Of a stretch of 64,000 bases of DNA, positions 1 to 11,599 are shown piece after piece (the stretch's first letter is position 1; the number at the start of each line of letters is the position of its first letter). The notes beneath the pieces were generated by a model. It worked only from the letters and a program-made list of their open reading frames with translations. It did no database searches and was not told where the DNA came from. The DNA comes from Octopus sinensis (taxonomy: Eukaryota): the NCBI RefSeq assembly GCF_006345805.1, contig NC_043005.1, positions 32,364,001 through 32,428,000 on the forward strand. The letters run 5' to 3'. Made by a program: the position numbers and the translations under genes.

Positions 1-1724
1 TTTGGCACTGGGGATTTATCTCTCTGCTTGCAGTATAAATGAGCTTGCATTCTGCACCAAAGCCAATATGAGAGTTTTTCTCATGGTATCTATTGCAGTA
101 AAATTTGCTCTAACAGAACATTCCCATTTAAGTGGGGATAAATGTTACCTTACAGTATTAATACTGCCTCTGTTGCTAAGATATATTTTATAGCCTGAAA
201 TACCTTGCTGTATTTGGTTGTAACCATTATTTTGAATTTAAGGACTTGTGCCTAAAGCAGAAAGGATTATTATTGAAGTTCAAAGACTGCCAAACTTTGT
301 TTTTATGTATTTTGAAATGAAATTAATTCAATAAGCCCTGGAATTGATTTAATTAACTATAGCCTCTTTCCGAAATTGAGGCCTTGTATCAAGATTAAAA
401 ATAAACATTTTTGTATTGTGGCTTCTGATGGCTTTAGACATGTTTTCTTGCAACTGAGGTTCACTTTTATATGAGACTGAGATCATCAGGAAATCTCAAT
501 AAAACAATATCTAGTTGCTTTCCTTGAAAACCATTTTCTATTTCTATACATGGCTATATCATCATAGATTACAAGATAGATATATGATGAAAATTAAGCC
601 TGCTTTAAGACAGGATGAAAATATTTATAAATATGCATTTTATAATAATTAAAGTAATGGATTTTTCTACAATTTGTAATTATTTTGAAATAACTGCTTA
701 TTAACATATGGCTGATATCTGTTTGTGGAAAGTAAGTGATGTAATTTATTGAGCTAGACAACCGATATTACTAATGTTTATTTCATTGATCCTGGAAGGT
801 TGAGTAGAAAATTGACGCTATTATTTAGAATGGGTTGATAAGAGTTAAGGATCCTTGAAAGGGATAAAGTGTAATGTTTAAAATGAGATTCTAATAACAA
901 TCTTCCAGCCAGAAGTAAAGCAACTTAGCAAACTTGGTATATAAAGACTGAGAAAAAAAAAGAATGTTCTTCAATTTTTTAAATATATTTGTTTGTCATA
1001 ATTGGTTTTAACCTGTGTGGTTCAAACAATGAGTTTTGGTGTTTTGTAGGCATTAATTCCACCGATGAACTCTTTTATAATTGATTCAACCTGAAATGGC
1101 AACAGAATAATATGGAGTCTTAAAGACAGATTTATTTTGTGTGTGTTGTTACTAAATCCTGCTGATTGATCACTGTTTTCTACTATGTCTGATGCCATGC
1201 AATAGATTCACGTATGATTGATTAAAGACTATATTACTTGCTACCTTTTGATTGATTCATTTTGTTTGACCTTGTTATCTTAGTATATCAGTGGATACCA
1301 TCTTGATTCTTTTGATTCAATGACTTGTCTCTCAAGATATCTCCAGAAACTAATACATGTTTCTTTTCATTCAAAGTTGGCTGGTTTCATATCCAATCCA
1401 ATGTAGTAGAGTACTTTGTATCTGGTAGGAATGGCTAAGAACATTGACTCTTAATGCTCTGCTATTCCACTCAACAAATGTATACTAGTGGACTGTTAAT
1501 TAGTTTGGCAGTCTTTTGTGTGCATCAGCGTGTCTGAGCATATACTCATAAAATATAAAATCGTATTTCGAATACAAATTTTATTTTTTGTGTTTTATCT
1601 CAGAATTCAAATTTCTCATATATTGATCCTGATAACTATAATCACTTTATTATATTAGTTCTTTTTGTATTGGGCAGCCAAATATTTGACATCAAGCAAT
1701 TTAATTATTGTAAAGAAATTTGAA

Positions 1725-1800
1725 AGGAAAAGATAAGGAAGAGAGTGGGAGAGAGAGAGAAGAGGAGAGAAAGGGAGAGGAAGAGAGAGAGAAGACAGAA
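1725..1800. repeat. GA-rich microsatellite
   Basis: Imperfect (GA)n/purine tract. Confidence 0.85.
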
Positions 1801-2113
1801 TTCACAATTAGAAAGAGATAATGAAATAGAATTAAAATAAAATATTACGTTATCCACAGTTGATCAGGAAATAAAGGATTTGAAACTAAAATCTTATGTT
1901 TTTGATGTATTTTTTTTTTGTAATCAAATAAAAATATAAACAAAGTAGAAGTTGTTGAAAAACTGTTGTTGAAAGAATAAGTTATTGGCTGGTTTATTGC
2001 CTAGTAATATTTTTAAATCAATTCAGTTGATCCTTATTATAAGATTGGGAACTATCTATTGTAGACTGCCAAAAGGAGATTTGGAGTAAGTTGCTGTACC
2101 TTAACACACACTA

Positions 2114-3220
2114 TCATCATCATCATCATCATTTAACGTCCGCTTTCCATGCTAGCATGGGTTGGACGGTTCAACTGGGGTCTGGGGAGCCCGAAGGCTG
2201 CACCAGGCCAGTCAGATCTGGCAGTGTTTCTACAGCTGGATGCCCTTCCTAACGCCAACCACTCCGAGAGTGTAGTGGGTGATTTTATGTGCCACCGACA
2301 CAGGTGCCAGACGAGGCTGGCGAACGGCCACGCTCGGATGGTGTTTTTATGTGCCACCGACACAGGTGCCAGACGAAGCTGGCGAACGGCCACGCTCGGA
2401 TGGTGTTTTTATGTGCCACCAACACAGGTGCCAGACAAGGCTAGCAGACGACCACGCTCAGATGGTGTTTTTATGTGCCACCGACACAGGTGCCAGACGA
2501 GGCTGGCGAACAGCCACGCTCGGATGGTGTTTTTATGTGCCACCGACACAGGTGCCAGACAAGGCTAGCAGACGACCACGCTCGGATGGTGTTTTTTTAT
2601 GTGCCACCGACACAGGTGCCAGACGAGGCTGGCGAACGGCCACGCTCGGATGGTGTTTTTATGTGCCACCGACACAGGTGCCAGACAAGGCTAGCAGACG
2701 ACCACGCTCGGATGGTGTTTTTTATGTGCCACCGACACAGGAGCCAGATTAGGCTGGTGATCGGCCACGATTGGATGGTGATTGTTACGTGCCCACAGCA
2801 TGGAGACCAGTTGGTGCGGTACTGGCTACGGCCACGTTCGGATGGTTTTCTTGTGTGCCACCGGCACTGGTACCACAAAGATACAAATTCCATTGATGTT
2901 CATCTATTTTGATTTTGTTTGATTTTCACATGCCTCAGCAGGTCTTCACAAGTGTCACAAGAAGGAAGGTATGCACAGGTGGACTGACTACGTCCCAGGT
3001 AGGGGCCACGGGTTATGGCCTGACTAGTCTTGCCGGGTCTTCTCACGCACAGCATACTTCCATAGGTCTCGGTCTCTAGTCATTTCCTTGGTGAGACCTA
3101 AAGTTCGTAGGTCGTGCTTCACCACTTCATCCCAGGTTTTCCTGGGTCTACCTCTTCCACAGGTTCCCTCAACTGCTAGGGTGTAGCACTTTTGCACACA
3201 ACTATCTTCAGCCATTCTCG
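2114..3220 (-). mobile_element. RTE-clade LINE 3' end (ORF2 C-terminus plus 3' UTR with (GAT)n tail)
   Basis: ORF 3024-3272 gives VEGTCGRGRPRKTWDEVVKHDL, an RTE C-terminal motif; ends in ccatgctagcatggaaagcggacgttaaa(tga)n, a tail seen many times in the window. Confidence 0.85.
2283..2785. repeat. ~62-63 bp minisatellite, about 8 units, inside RTE 3' UTR
   Basis: Unit ttttatgtgccaccgacacaggtgccagac...ccacgctcggatggtg repeated head to tail. Confidence 0.95.
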
Positions 3221-3944
3221 ATGGTGCGAAAATAGATGCTAGGTGAACAAGTCTATTTAGAGTGATGTACATTTACCAGTGAAACAACTCATATTTGCTA
3301 ATTGTATAAGATCTACCAGCATCTCAATTGTTGGGCTGGAATAGTTGATATTATTTGCAACAATTTCTAACTATTGTGAAGGAGCTTGAGACAAAGGTGC
3401 TGACGTCAAGTTGAAATGTATCAAATGATATAAATTGTGAACAATAATAATAATCATAACTTGGAGGACCTGTGAATCATCATCATCATCTTCATCATTG
3501 TGATGATGATGATGGAATTAATAGTAAACCTATTGGGTTATTCTTGAAAACTTTATCTAGAAAACCTAAAAGGGTAGCCTGTGTTGTGTCTGTATCAAAA
3601 GATAGTCACTCATTGAAAAGTGAAAGAAACTGGAATACAATGATTAGTTAATGCACTTTATATATATATACTTCATATACTTTATGCACAATTTTATAGA
3701 CTTAATACACAGCACTCATAAAATAAATATTCACTCCTATTTTTCCAGTTTTCCCATAATCATAAAAAATTACATTTTAAAATTTACATGGTCACAATTT
3801 CATTTCTAGAAATCAAAAATTTTATAGTAAAAAAAATAAATTTTATATGTAAAATTCATGGGGGTAAAAATTTAATGCATACTCTGAAAACCACATTGTT
3901 GGTAACTTATAAGCCAAGGTGACGGGTCAGAGCCAATACCCATT

Positions 3945-4241
3945 TCAATTCACATACACCTTTCCATCCAATACTTCTTTGAAGCCTATGTTCTTCATGT
4001 ATGTTCTCCCTCTGCTTTTCCCTTGTTTATCAGTGTTGATAACTTTAACTCTCACATCAGATAATTTGCAAGCCCTTGAGAATGCAACATACAGCTGACC
4101 ATGGCTGAGTACAGGTTCAGGCAAGAGCAAACCCACTTTATCAAATGTTTGCCCTTGTGATTTATTGATAGTTATTGCATATACTAGGTGAATGGGAAAC
4201 TGGTTTCTTTCTAAAGTGAATGGCAAGTTTGGAATGCACAT
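3945..4241 (-). mobile_element. Helitron RepHel fragment (PIF1-like helicase C-terminus)
   Basis: LPFTLERNQFPIHLVYAITINKSQGQTFDKVGL...SHGQLYVAFSR = PIF1 helicase motifs V/VI; intronless truncated fragment. Confidence 0.85.
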
Positions 4242-4331
4242 GCATTAAGTGATAGGTGGTATAAAAAACTTAGTTCAATTAAAAAAAATTACTTTTCACT
4301 CTCTCTCTCACTCTCTGCTGTTTAGTGAAAC

Positions 4332-7300
4332 TGTACACCCCTCCCGGTAAAAAGTGGTAGTAGCCAGCCATTATAAATAGACCAGTAGCTGGTTGACAGC
4401 AGAAGGTCAGAAGGTTGAGAGTATGTGTAAACTGTTGATAGTCGTGTCTGTGCTGATTTAGTAATTATGCTGTGATACTGAGTGGACGTTATAATGATCA
4501 AACCCTTTGAGGATAATAACACTGTATGACTGGGGGTCATACAGTGTCAGATAGAACCATTCTATTGATGATTTCAGAATATAACAATATCTGTCAGAGT
4601 GACAACGGGTGTCAAAAGACAGATGCAACAGTGGTAAAAGATTGCTTTACAACACTGGCGATAAGAAAAACACAAATTTATGCAACGTGAAAAAAAAAAC
4701 ATTCACACGGAGAGTTTAAACTAATTCATGTGGAAAATTAGATACCTTGACAAAAAAGAAACAATAATCTTGTGCAAACTAACGAAAATGTTAAAATACA
4801 GAAGACTTGTTAGCTGGGATAGTTGAGTTGCAAAAACAGCAACAACAACAAAGATTGCAGCAGCAAATGTTGCACTAATGAAGTTGATAACCAAACCGGA
4901 GAATACATTTTCACCTGACCATGTAGCAAATTCCATAAGCGAATTCAAATATGACCTCAAAGAAGGAGTAACCTTTGAGGCTTACTTTCGAAGATTTCAA
5001 CAAATTTTTGAAAAAGAATGTCAGGACTGGATGGACGAAATGAAAACGTGTCTAGTTTTAAGAAAATTAGCAGCAGCAGAGCATGAGAAGTATAGTAACT
5101 TCATATTGCCATAAAAAGTGTCTGACATAAATTTCACCAACACAGTTGACATTTTGTGCAAAATGTTTAGTGAAAAGAGCTCACTATTTGATACTAGATG
5201 GAAACGTTAAAACATAGAAAAGAGCGAAGATGAAGACTTCACTACTTACACAGGTAGAGTCAACAAAGAATGTGAGAGATTTAGGCTGGATATGCTTACT
5301 CCAGATTCTTTCAAGTGTTTGATTTTTGCACAAGGATTGACAGATAAAAGGGATGCAGAAATCCAAATGAAAATTCTATCAAAACTGGAAATGAACCAAG
5401 ATTTGACATTGCAGAAACTGTTGGAAGGGTGTGACAGGATATTAGAATTAAGAGGCATGACACGGAAGAAATTCTACAGAAAGAGTGTTTTCACATAAGA
5501 CCAGTGCAAAAAGGTCAGAAGACAAATAAAGTGTTGCAGGAAAAACAGAAAAAATATTGGGATGTGGGCCCATGTATGGGCATGTGGTAGGATGCACTTG
5601 AAAAGAGATTGTCCATGTAAAAAACAAGGTGTTTTTGATGTGGGTATACAGGACATTTAAAATCACACTGCAAAGCTAGAATGATAGGAAATTGGGACAA
5701 ACAAGAAAAAATAAATGGTTTGTCAGCAGGAAAAGTTGTGACTACAACAAACAGAAAATTCATGAATGTGAGAATTGAAACCACTAGCATCAGAATGCAA
5801 TTAGACACGGGAAGAGACATCACAATCATAAATGAGAAAAGATGGGAACAAATAGGTTAGCCAAAATTATGTAGTTCAAACAAAATACTGTGCAGTGTTA
5901 TGGGAAGAGAATTATATTTTACAGGTGAATGTGTTTGTAATATAATATTCAAAGGTCAAACCAAAAAAGTAAATGTTTATGTGTGGAAAAACCCATGAAT
6001 TTATGGAGAAATTTGATTTATAGGATACACCCATAAGCACTTTGTGCGATAGCGTAAATGGAGCAGTCAGACAATTGAACGAAGTCGATGAACTGAAACA
6101 AAATAAGTGATGTGGAACATCGTGCGTGAACTAGCAGTAACTTTGGAAGAAATGTAAAGAAATGTGAGAAAGGACAAATCTATTAATGAGACACAAAGAA
6201 AACTGTGGTCGACAAAAGGAAATAATGAAAGGTCTGATGAAAAGAATTGCCAAGAAGTGAGTATGTACTCTATGTCTGATAGTGTAATAATGTATGCTCA
6301 GAGGGTGATCATACCACAGGTATTACAGAAGATAATGCTAAAGGAGTTCTATGTGGGACATCCAGACATCTCTAGAGTGAAAGTGCTGATGTGAAGTTTC
6401 ATATACTGGCCAAGAATTGACAATGAAGTTGAAAACCTGGTAAAAGACTACAGAGGATATGTACTAGCAATGGAACTACCAACTACAAAATGTGAACCTT
6501 GGCTGGAAGAGAAAATTTCATGGCCCTGATTGCATATCGATATTGCAGGCCTAGTAAATGGATATTATTACTTAATAGTAGTGGAGAACTATACAAAATG
6601 GCCTGAGGTCATGAGGTGTAAATGACCAATCTCATATATGGTAATAAACTTCTTACACAAGGTGTTCACAAGATTTGGTGTACCAGATATATTATTGTCT
6701 CTGATAATGGAACATAGTTTGTATCTTGTAAGTTTAAAAGATTCTGTGAGATGTTCACATTAGAACATAAAATTTTAGCACCGTATCACTCTAGATTGAA
6801 TGGAAGGGCTGAATGGTTCATGGACACTTTTAAGAGAGTTTTAAAGAAAGCTAATAAGGAAGCCATAGATGAGGTCATGATCCAATAATTCTTAAAGGTA
6901 TACAGGGTAACTCCAAACTCAAATGTGCCAGCAGAATTAATGTTTGTCAGAAACGTGAACTCAGTATTCAATAAACTGTTACCAGTGAAGAAAAAAGATG
7001 TGCTAGTACAGACATACCAAAATTCATTAAAATCAGTGATAAGGTATATGTAAGAATGTACTGAAATAGCAAGCAATACTGGGAAGAAGGAGAAATTGTA
7101 ACATACGTAGGAAGAATAATGTATGGTATAAGAAGACATAGAAATCAGCTTATGGAAAGAGTCATAGAAAAGGAATCAACAAGAGTAGAAATAACCAATG
7201 AATTGGGTACTAGACACTTTTTAGGTTCCAACCACATCTACAAGGAAAAGGAAGAACACTGAATTCCTAAAAGTAGACCCTAAGAAACCATTCCAAAATC
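4332..7300 (+). mobile_element. Decayed Ty3/Gypsy LTR retrotransposon (Mag-like) with 5' LTR, gag, protease and integrase; RT/RNase H missing
   Basis: Candidate LTR TGT(4332)...ACA(4654) followed by PBS-like TGGCGA at 4656; gag FEAYFRRFQQIF; CCHC-like knuckle near 5570; protease LDTGRDITII near 5800; integrase remnants GHPDISR, LHIDIAG, KWPEV, SDNG at 6350-6720; many stops and frameshifts. Confidence 0.85.
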
Positions 7301-7334
7301 TGCATAGGTTGGACAGAGTTTATTGAGGTAGATA

Positions 7335-7520
7335 TTCAATGGCTGTCACCAACCATCATCTGTTTCCAAGCAAGGTAATATTTCTCATGGCCAGACATAT
7401 TGGAAATGAATGACACTGCTTGTATGACAGTGACACTCATTTACAGCTATCATGCAATGTCAAAACAAAGAAACAAAACATACATGCACACTTACACACA
7501 TATATGTACACACACACACA
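7335..7520 (-). mobile_element. Decayed SINE fragment
   Basis: Resembles the reverse complement of the SINE body at 56050-56130, with adjacent (CA)n. Confidence 0.45.
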
Positions 7521-7628
7521 CAACACAGAGTTTGAATATGAAATGTTGTTCTCTCTGTTTCCTTCTGTATGTGGATCCATGTTGTGTGGAAATGCCACAC
7601 ACTGATAAGATGAATGATGGAATATATA

Positions 7629-8915
7629 CAGGGTGGGGAAGCAAAATTTACAATATTTGAGGCAGGGATTGAAAGACTGTATGACCAATTAGTTTATTGA
7701 AAGTTATGAGAATTTATTTGCCACAAGAAAATTTACATAATAGAAAATGTTTTTATTCTATGTGTTCTCCTTCTTTCTCAATAACTGCCTCCACATGCTT
7801 CCTGAAACTTGCACAAGTGTTCCTCAAAAATTCGGGAGACAACTTCTCCCATTCTTCTTTAATAGTATCTTTAAGAGAGCCGACATTGCTGTGTGATGTT
7901 CTATTGGTAGCATGTTCTAAAACGCCCCAAATTGCATAATCCAGTGGGGTTAGATCTGGGCTAGAAGACGGCCATAAACATGATTCCAAAAAATTGCTAA
8001 AGTTGGATTTACAGAAATCTTGTATTTTTCTAGCTGTGTGGGCTGGAGCACCATCCTCTGTCCATACATAATTACCATCTGGGCAGTTTGCTTTAAGCCA
8101 TGGCAATACCTGGTTTCTCAGAGTCTTGTAGTAAGTATTAACATTGATCTTTTCATCAGCTTTGTAGAATTTTGTAAGCATTTTCTTTCCATCAGAAGCC
8201 ACAACACCAAAAGCCATAACTTGAGCAGGATGTTTTGTTTTGAATGTCCCCTTAAACTCAGCTGTCGATTTTGTGATGAATCTGTCATTTCTGGGGTTCA
8301 GAACAGCATCGACAGTGAAGATCTTTCCATCTGAAAAGATTGTTATAATGGAGGACTTTTTCTTGAACCATGTAATAATTTTCTTGCACCTTTCCAATCT
8401 CTTTTCCTTCATAACTGTTGTCAACAAGTATTTTGGTGTTCTTGTGCAAGATTTTAACCTCAAATCATATTTTACTGCATTTCTAATGGTCTTGTTGTCT
8501 ACCTCAAGTTCAATTGCCATTTTTCTCATGGATTTGGTTGGCTCCTTTAGGATTTTGGATTTGAGAGATTTAATAAAAGCTTTGGTACGTTTTTTGTTGA
8601 TTCCTCCACTTCCAGACTTCGTCGTAATAGTTTTGCTCATAGTCATTCTATTCTTTACATTATAAACTGTCTTTATGGACACTCCAACTATTCTTGAAAT
8701 CTCCTTTGGTGTGACGAGTGCATTCAGCAAATCACAAACTTTTTGACATTTGCTTTCCTGATTACTCAAATGGGCAAAAGTTTCGGAAAAGGTAAGCATA
8801 ATAGTGTTAGGTATGGTTATGACATCAATATATGCTAGGTTTCAAAACAATTGACTTAGTGCCTGCTGAGAAAAAACAACTTAACGTTCATTGTAAGTTT
8901 TGCTTCCCCACCCTG
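7629..8915 (-). mobile_element. Full-length Tc1/mariner DD37D (maT) DNA transposon
   Basis: 26-bp TIRs cagggtggggaagcaaaatttacaat (7629-7654) and its inverse (8890-8915), 1 mismatch; TA on both flanks (7627-7628, 8916-8917). Confidence 0.95.
7753..8799 (-). CDS. DD37D (maT) transposase, 348 aa, uninterrupted
   Basis: N-terminal HTH (EISRIVGVSIKTVYNV); catalytic IFSD, EDGAPAH, SPDLTPLDY; 37 residues between the second and third Asp (counted). Confidence 0.95.
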   Translation of the reverse strand: MLTFSETFAHLSNQESKCQKVCDLLNALVTPKEISRIVGVSIKTVYNVKNRMTMSKTITTKSGSGGINKKRTKAFIKSLKSKILKEPTKSMRKMAIELEVDNKTIRNAVKYDLRLKSCTRTPKYLLTTVMKEKRLERCKKIITWFKKKSSIITIFSDGKIFTVDAVLNPRNDRFITKSTAEFKGTFKTKHPAQVMAFGVVASDGKKMLTKFYKADEKINVNTYYKTLRNQVLPWLKANCPDGNYVWTEDGAPAHTARKIQDFCKSNFSNFLESCLWPSSSPDLTPLDYAIWGVLEHATNRTSHSNVGSLKDTIKEEWEKLSPEFLRNTCASFRKHVEAVIEKEGEHIE

Positions 8916-9116
8916 TATGTATATCATCATCATCATCATCATCATCACTATTTTTCATCTGCTTCTGCTTGCAAGCGCTAGAAAGTTTGACAGGATGCAA
9001 CAGGTCAGAGAACCATGTCTTGCTCTCATTTATATATAGATCTATCTATCTATCTATATGTCTGTCTGTCTGTCTGTTGATCTACCTTTCTATTTATCCA
9101 TCTATATACATATTTT

Positions 9117-9167
9117 TTTTTGATGTAGTTTCAGCTCAGAGCTGCGACCATGCTGATGCACCGCCGT
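9117..9167 (-). mobile_element. 3' stub of CR1-group LINE
   Basis: Reverse complement matches the LINE end at 43251-43290 (ggcggtgcatcagcatgg..cagctctgagctgaaac). Confidence 0.75.
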
Positions 9168-10259
9168 TTATATCTACATATATACATGCATATAAACATA
9201 TATATATATGGATCAAAACAGTTTGATTCAAATTTGTTGGTACTCCAAAAGTTTCAAGCATGATGCTAATCTTCAGCCATTTTGAATTTGAATGAAAGAA
9301 GTTGATTGTTATTACTGTAAGGTGGGCAGTGATTGCTTGAGGAAGGTCATGTGGTGTCGTGGTTTGATGTTGGTATAACCATATATCAGTGATGACAGTT
9401 AGTTTGAAAATACCATATGGTGGACAGGAAGTAGACCACATAGTGGGTAGGAAACTGACCATGTTGTAGACAGGAAATCTGTCAGGTTGTTGGAAGGGAG
9501 GTAGGAAGGGGCAGTGTGTGCTAATATATAGTTGTGTATGTGGGTGTTTGGATGTGCTCATATGGTCTTGTGTGCATGTCTGTATTAATGTGAGCATGCA
9601 CATCTGTACATGGGTGCATATGCACATGCCCCCCCACATAAGCATACATATAGATATACGAACAGTCATGCATATGCATGCACACACACACACACGCATG
9701 CACATACACACAACCACACATGTGCATGAATTCATATGTACAATGCATGCATGCATATTAGTGTGCACATGCATATGTGCACCTGCACCCACACGCATAC
9801 ATCAGTATAATGCGTATGACAAGAGTTAGGGTAGGTAAGTGTTGGGGGTAGGTAAATGTTGGGAATTGGTAAGCATTGGGGATTAGCAAGTGTTGGGGAT
9901 TGGTATGTGTTGAGGGTTGGTAATTGGTCATCCTGCTCATAGGGTTGGTTGGTGATGGTGACCTTGGTGCAGAGTAGCAGCTGGTACTAAGGTGGTATAT
10001 CTGGGTTGTCGACAGTCAGAGATTTGAAATTTGCCAGAAGGGCACACCACTGGTGACAGCAATAAGATAAATCATATTTCTTATTGATGAATACTGTGGG
10101 TTGTTGGAGGATATGTAGTTTTCATGGAGGCAGAACTGGCAGTTGGGGGTGCTGGGTGAATATGGTGGACAAATAAGTAGGATCCAACAAGAATGAAAAT
10201 AAAATTATAAAAAAGATTATAAGAATTATAAAATTATAAACAAAATTAAAAATTAATTT

Positions 10260-11015
10260 ATGCACTTCTCACACCTTCCAATACATCATCTCCCTATTTT
10301 ACCTCTAGTTTTATTATTCTGCTGCCCTCTATCCTTTTTGCATTGTCTCTTATCACCTCCTTCTTCTTGAGTCACTCCTTATTTCTTTCATCTTCCTCAC
10401 CAAACTCATATTTAGCAACAAACATGCCTTGATACTTCTGCTTGCAAGGGCTAGAAAGTTTGACAGGATGCAACAGGTCACTACATTCACCTCTATCTCA
10501 ATCTTTAATCATCTACCAGTCTCCCCTCATATTCTTACAAACTTACCACCTATCCTTCTCAATCCTCTGTCTCTATTCCCTCTTCTATTCACCTTCTTGT
10601 ACTTTGTGGGTATGCTCTAACACTTCACCACCACCTTCTTTACTTCTCTTTCCAGTTACTCACACCCACCTTAATGTGGGGTAGCCATATATTTCCTCTA
10701 TAGCAAAACCTATGTTCCTGTTCCTCTATCATACTTTAGCCTCTCAAATCCTGGCATAAAGCCTACTCAATTGAAGGTTGTTCTTTCTCTTTGTTTTGCA
10801 AGTTACTTGGTAACCTCACTAGTGCTGGTGCTATAAAAAAGAAAGCACCCAGTACACTCTGTAACACTTTACAGAGTGTACTGGCATTAGGAATTCAACC
10901 ATAGAAATCATGCCAAAGCAAATACTGGAGCTTGATCAATTCTCCAACTCTTCAGATCCTATTGAACCATCCAACGCAAGCCAGTATGGAAAAGTGATAT
11001 TAAATGATGATGATA
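10260..11015 (+). mobile_element. Old RTE-type 3' UTR/tail
   Basis: Ends ccatccaacgcaagccagtatggaaaagtgatattaaatgatgatgat; 10681-10770 is homologous to 16201-16290. Confidence 0.6.
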
Positions 11016-11365
11016 AAGAGGAGGAGGAAGATAAAGATATGCACTTACACAGTTCACTCCTCCCTACCCTTTCACTTATGAGCATTAACTACACAAAACC
11101 TTGACACTCACCAGACTTAATTTCTATGAAAGGAGACCAGAACACACTGTGTAAGGAGGACAAAACAATTTATTATTAGCAAACAACATCAACATATCAA
11201 GTCACAACAGCATATCAAGAAACACATCAACATACTTGAACTTACTGAACACTATACAACCTCAGGACTTTAATTCTCTCACACACACACACTCGTTGAT
11301 GGTAAGACAATCTCTATAGTGCTGGTGTTAAGAAAATATGTTCCGGAACAAGCACCATTAATACC

Positions 11366-11599
11366 TATTTCTTTACTACCCACAAGGAGCTAAACACAGA
11401 GGGGACAAAGAAGGACAGACAAACGGATTAAGTCGATTATATCGACCCCAGTGCGTAACTGGTACTTATTTAATCGACCCCAAAAGGATGAAAGGCAAAG
11501 TCGACCTCGGCGGAATTTGAACTTAGAATGTAGCGGCAGACGAAATACCGCAAAAGCATTTCGCCCAGTGTGCTAATGTTTCTGCCAGCTCACCGCCTT
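11366..11599 (-). mobile_element. tRNA-derived SINE (family B) with 15-bp TSD
   Basis: Reverse complement begins ggcggtgagctggcagaa with B box gttcaaattcc; TSD agcaccattaatacc at 11351-11365 and 11600-11614. Confidence 0.9.

Noticed and set aside
2283-2785. CRISPR-like regularly spaced repeats
   Set aside because: Intervening sequences are recurring variants rather than unique spacers; no cas genes; it lies inside a eukaryotic retroelement UTR.
3945-4241. Host PIF1 gene
   Set aside because: Intronless truncated fragment with Helitron-type sequence, surrounded by transposon relics.
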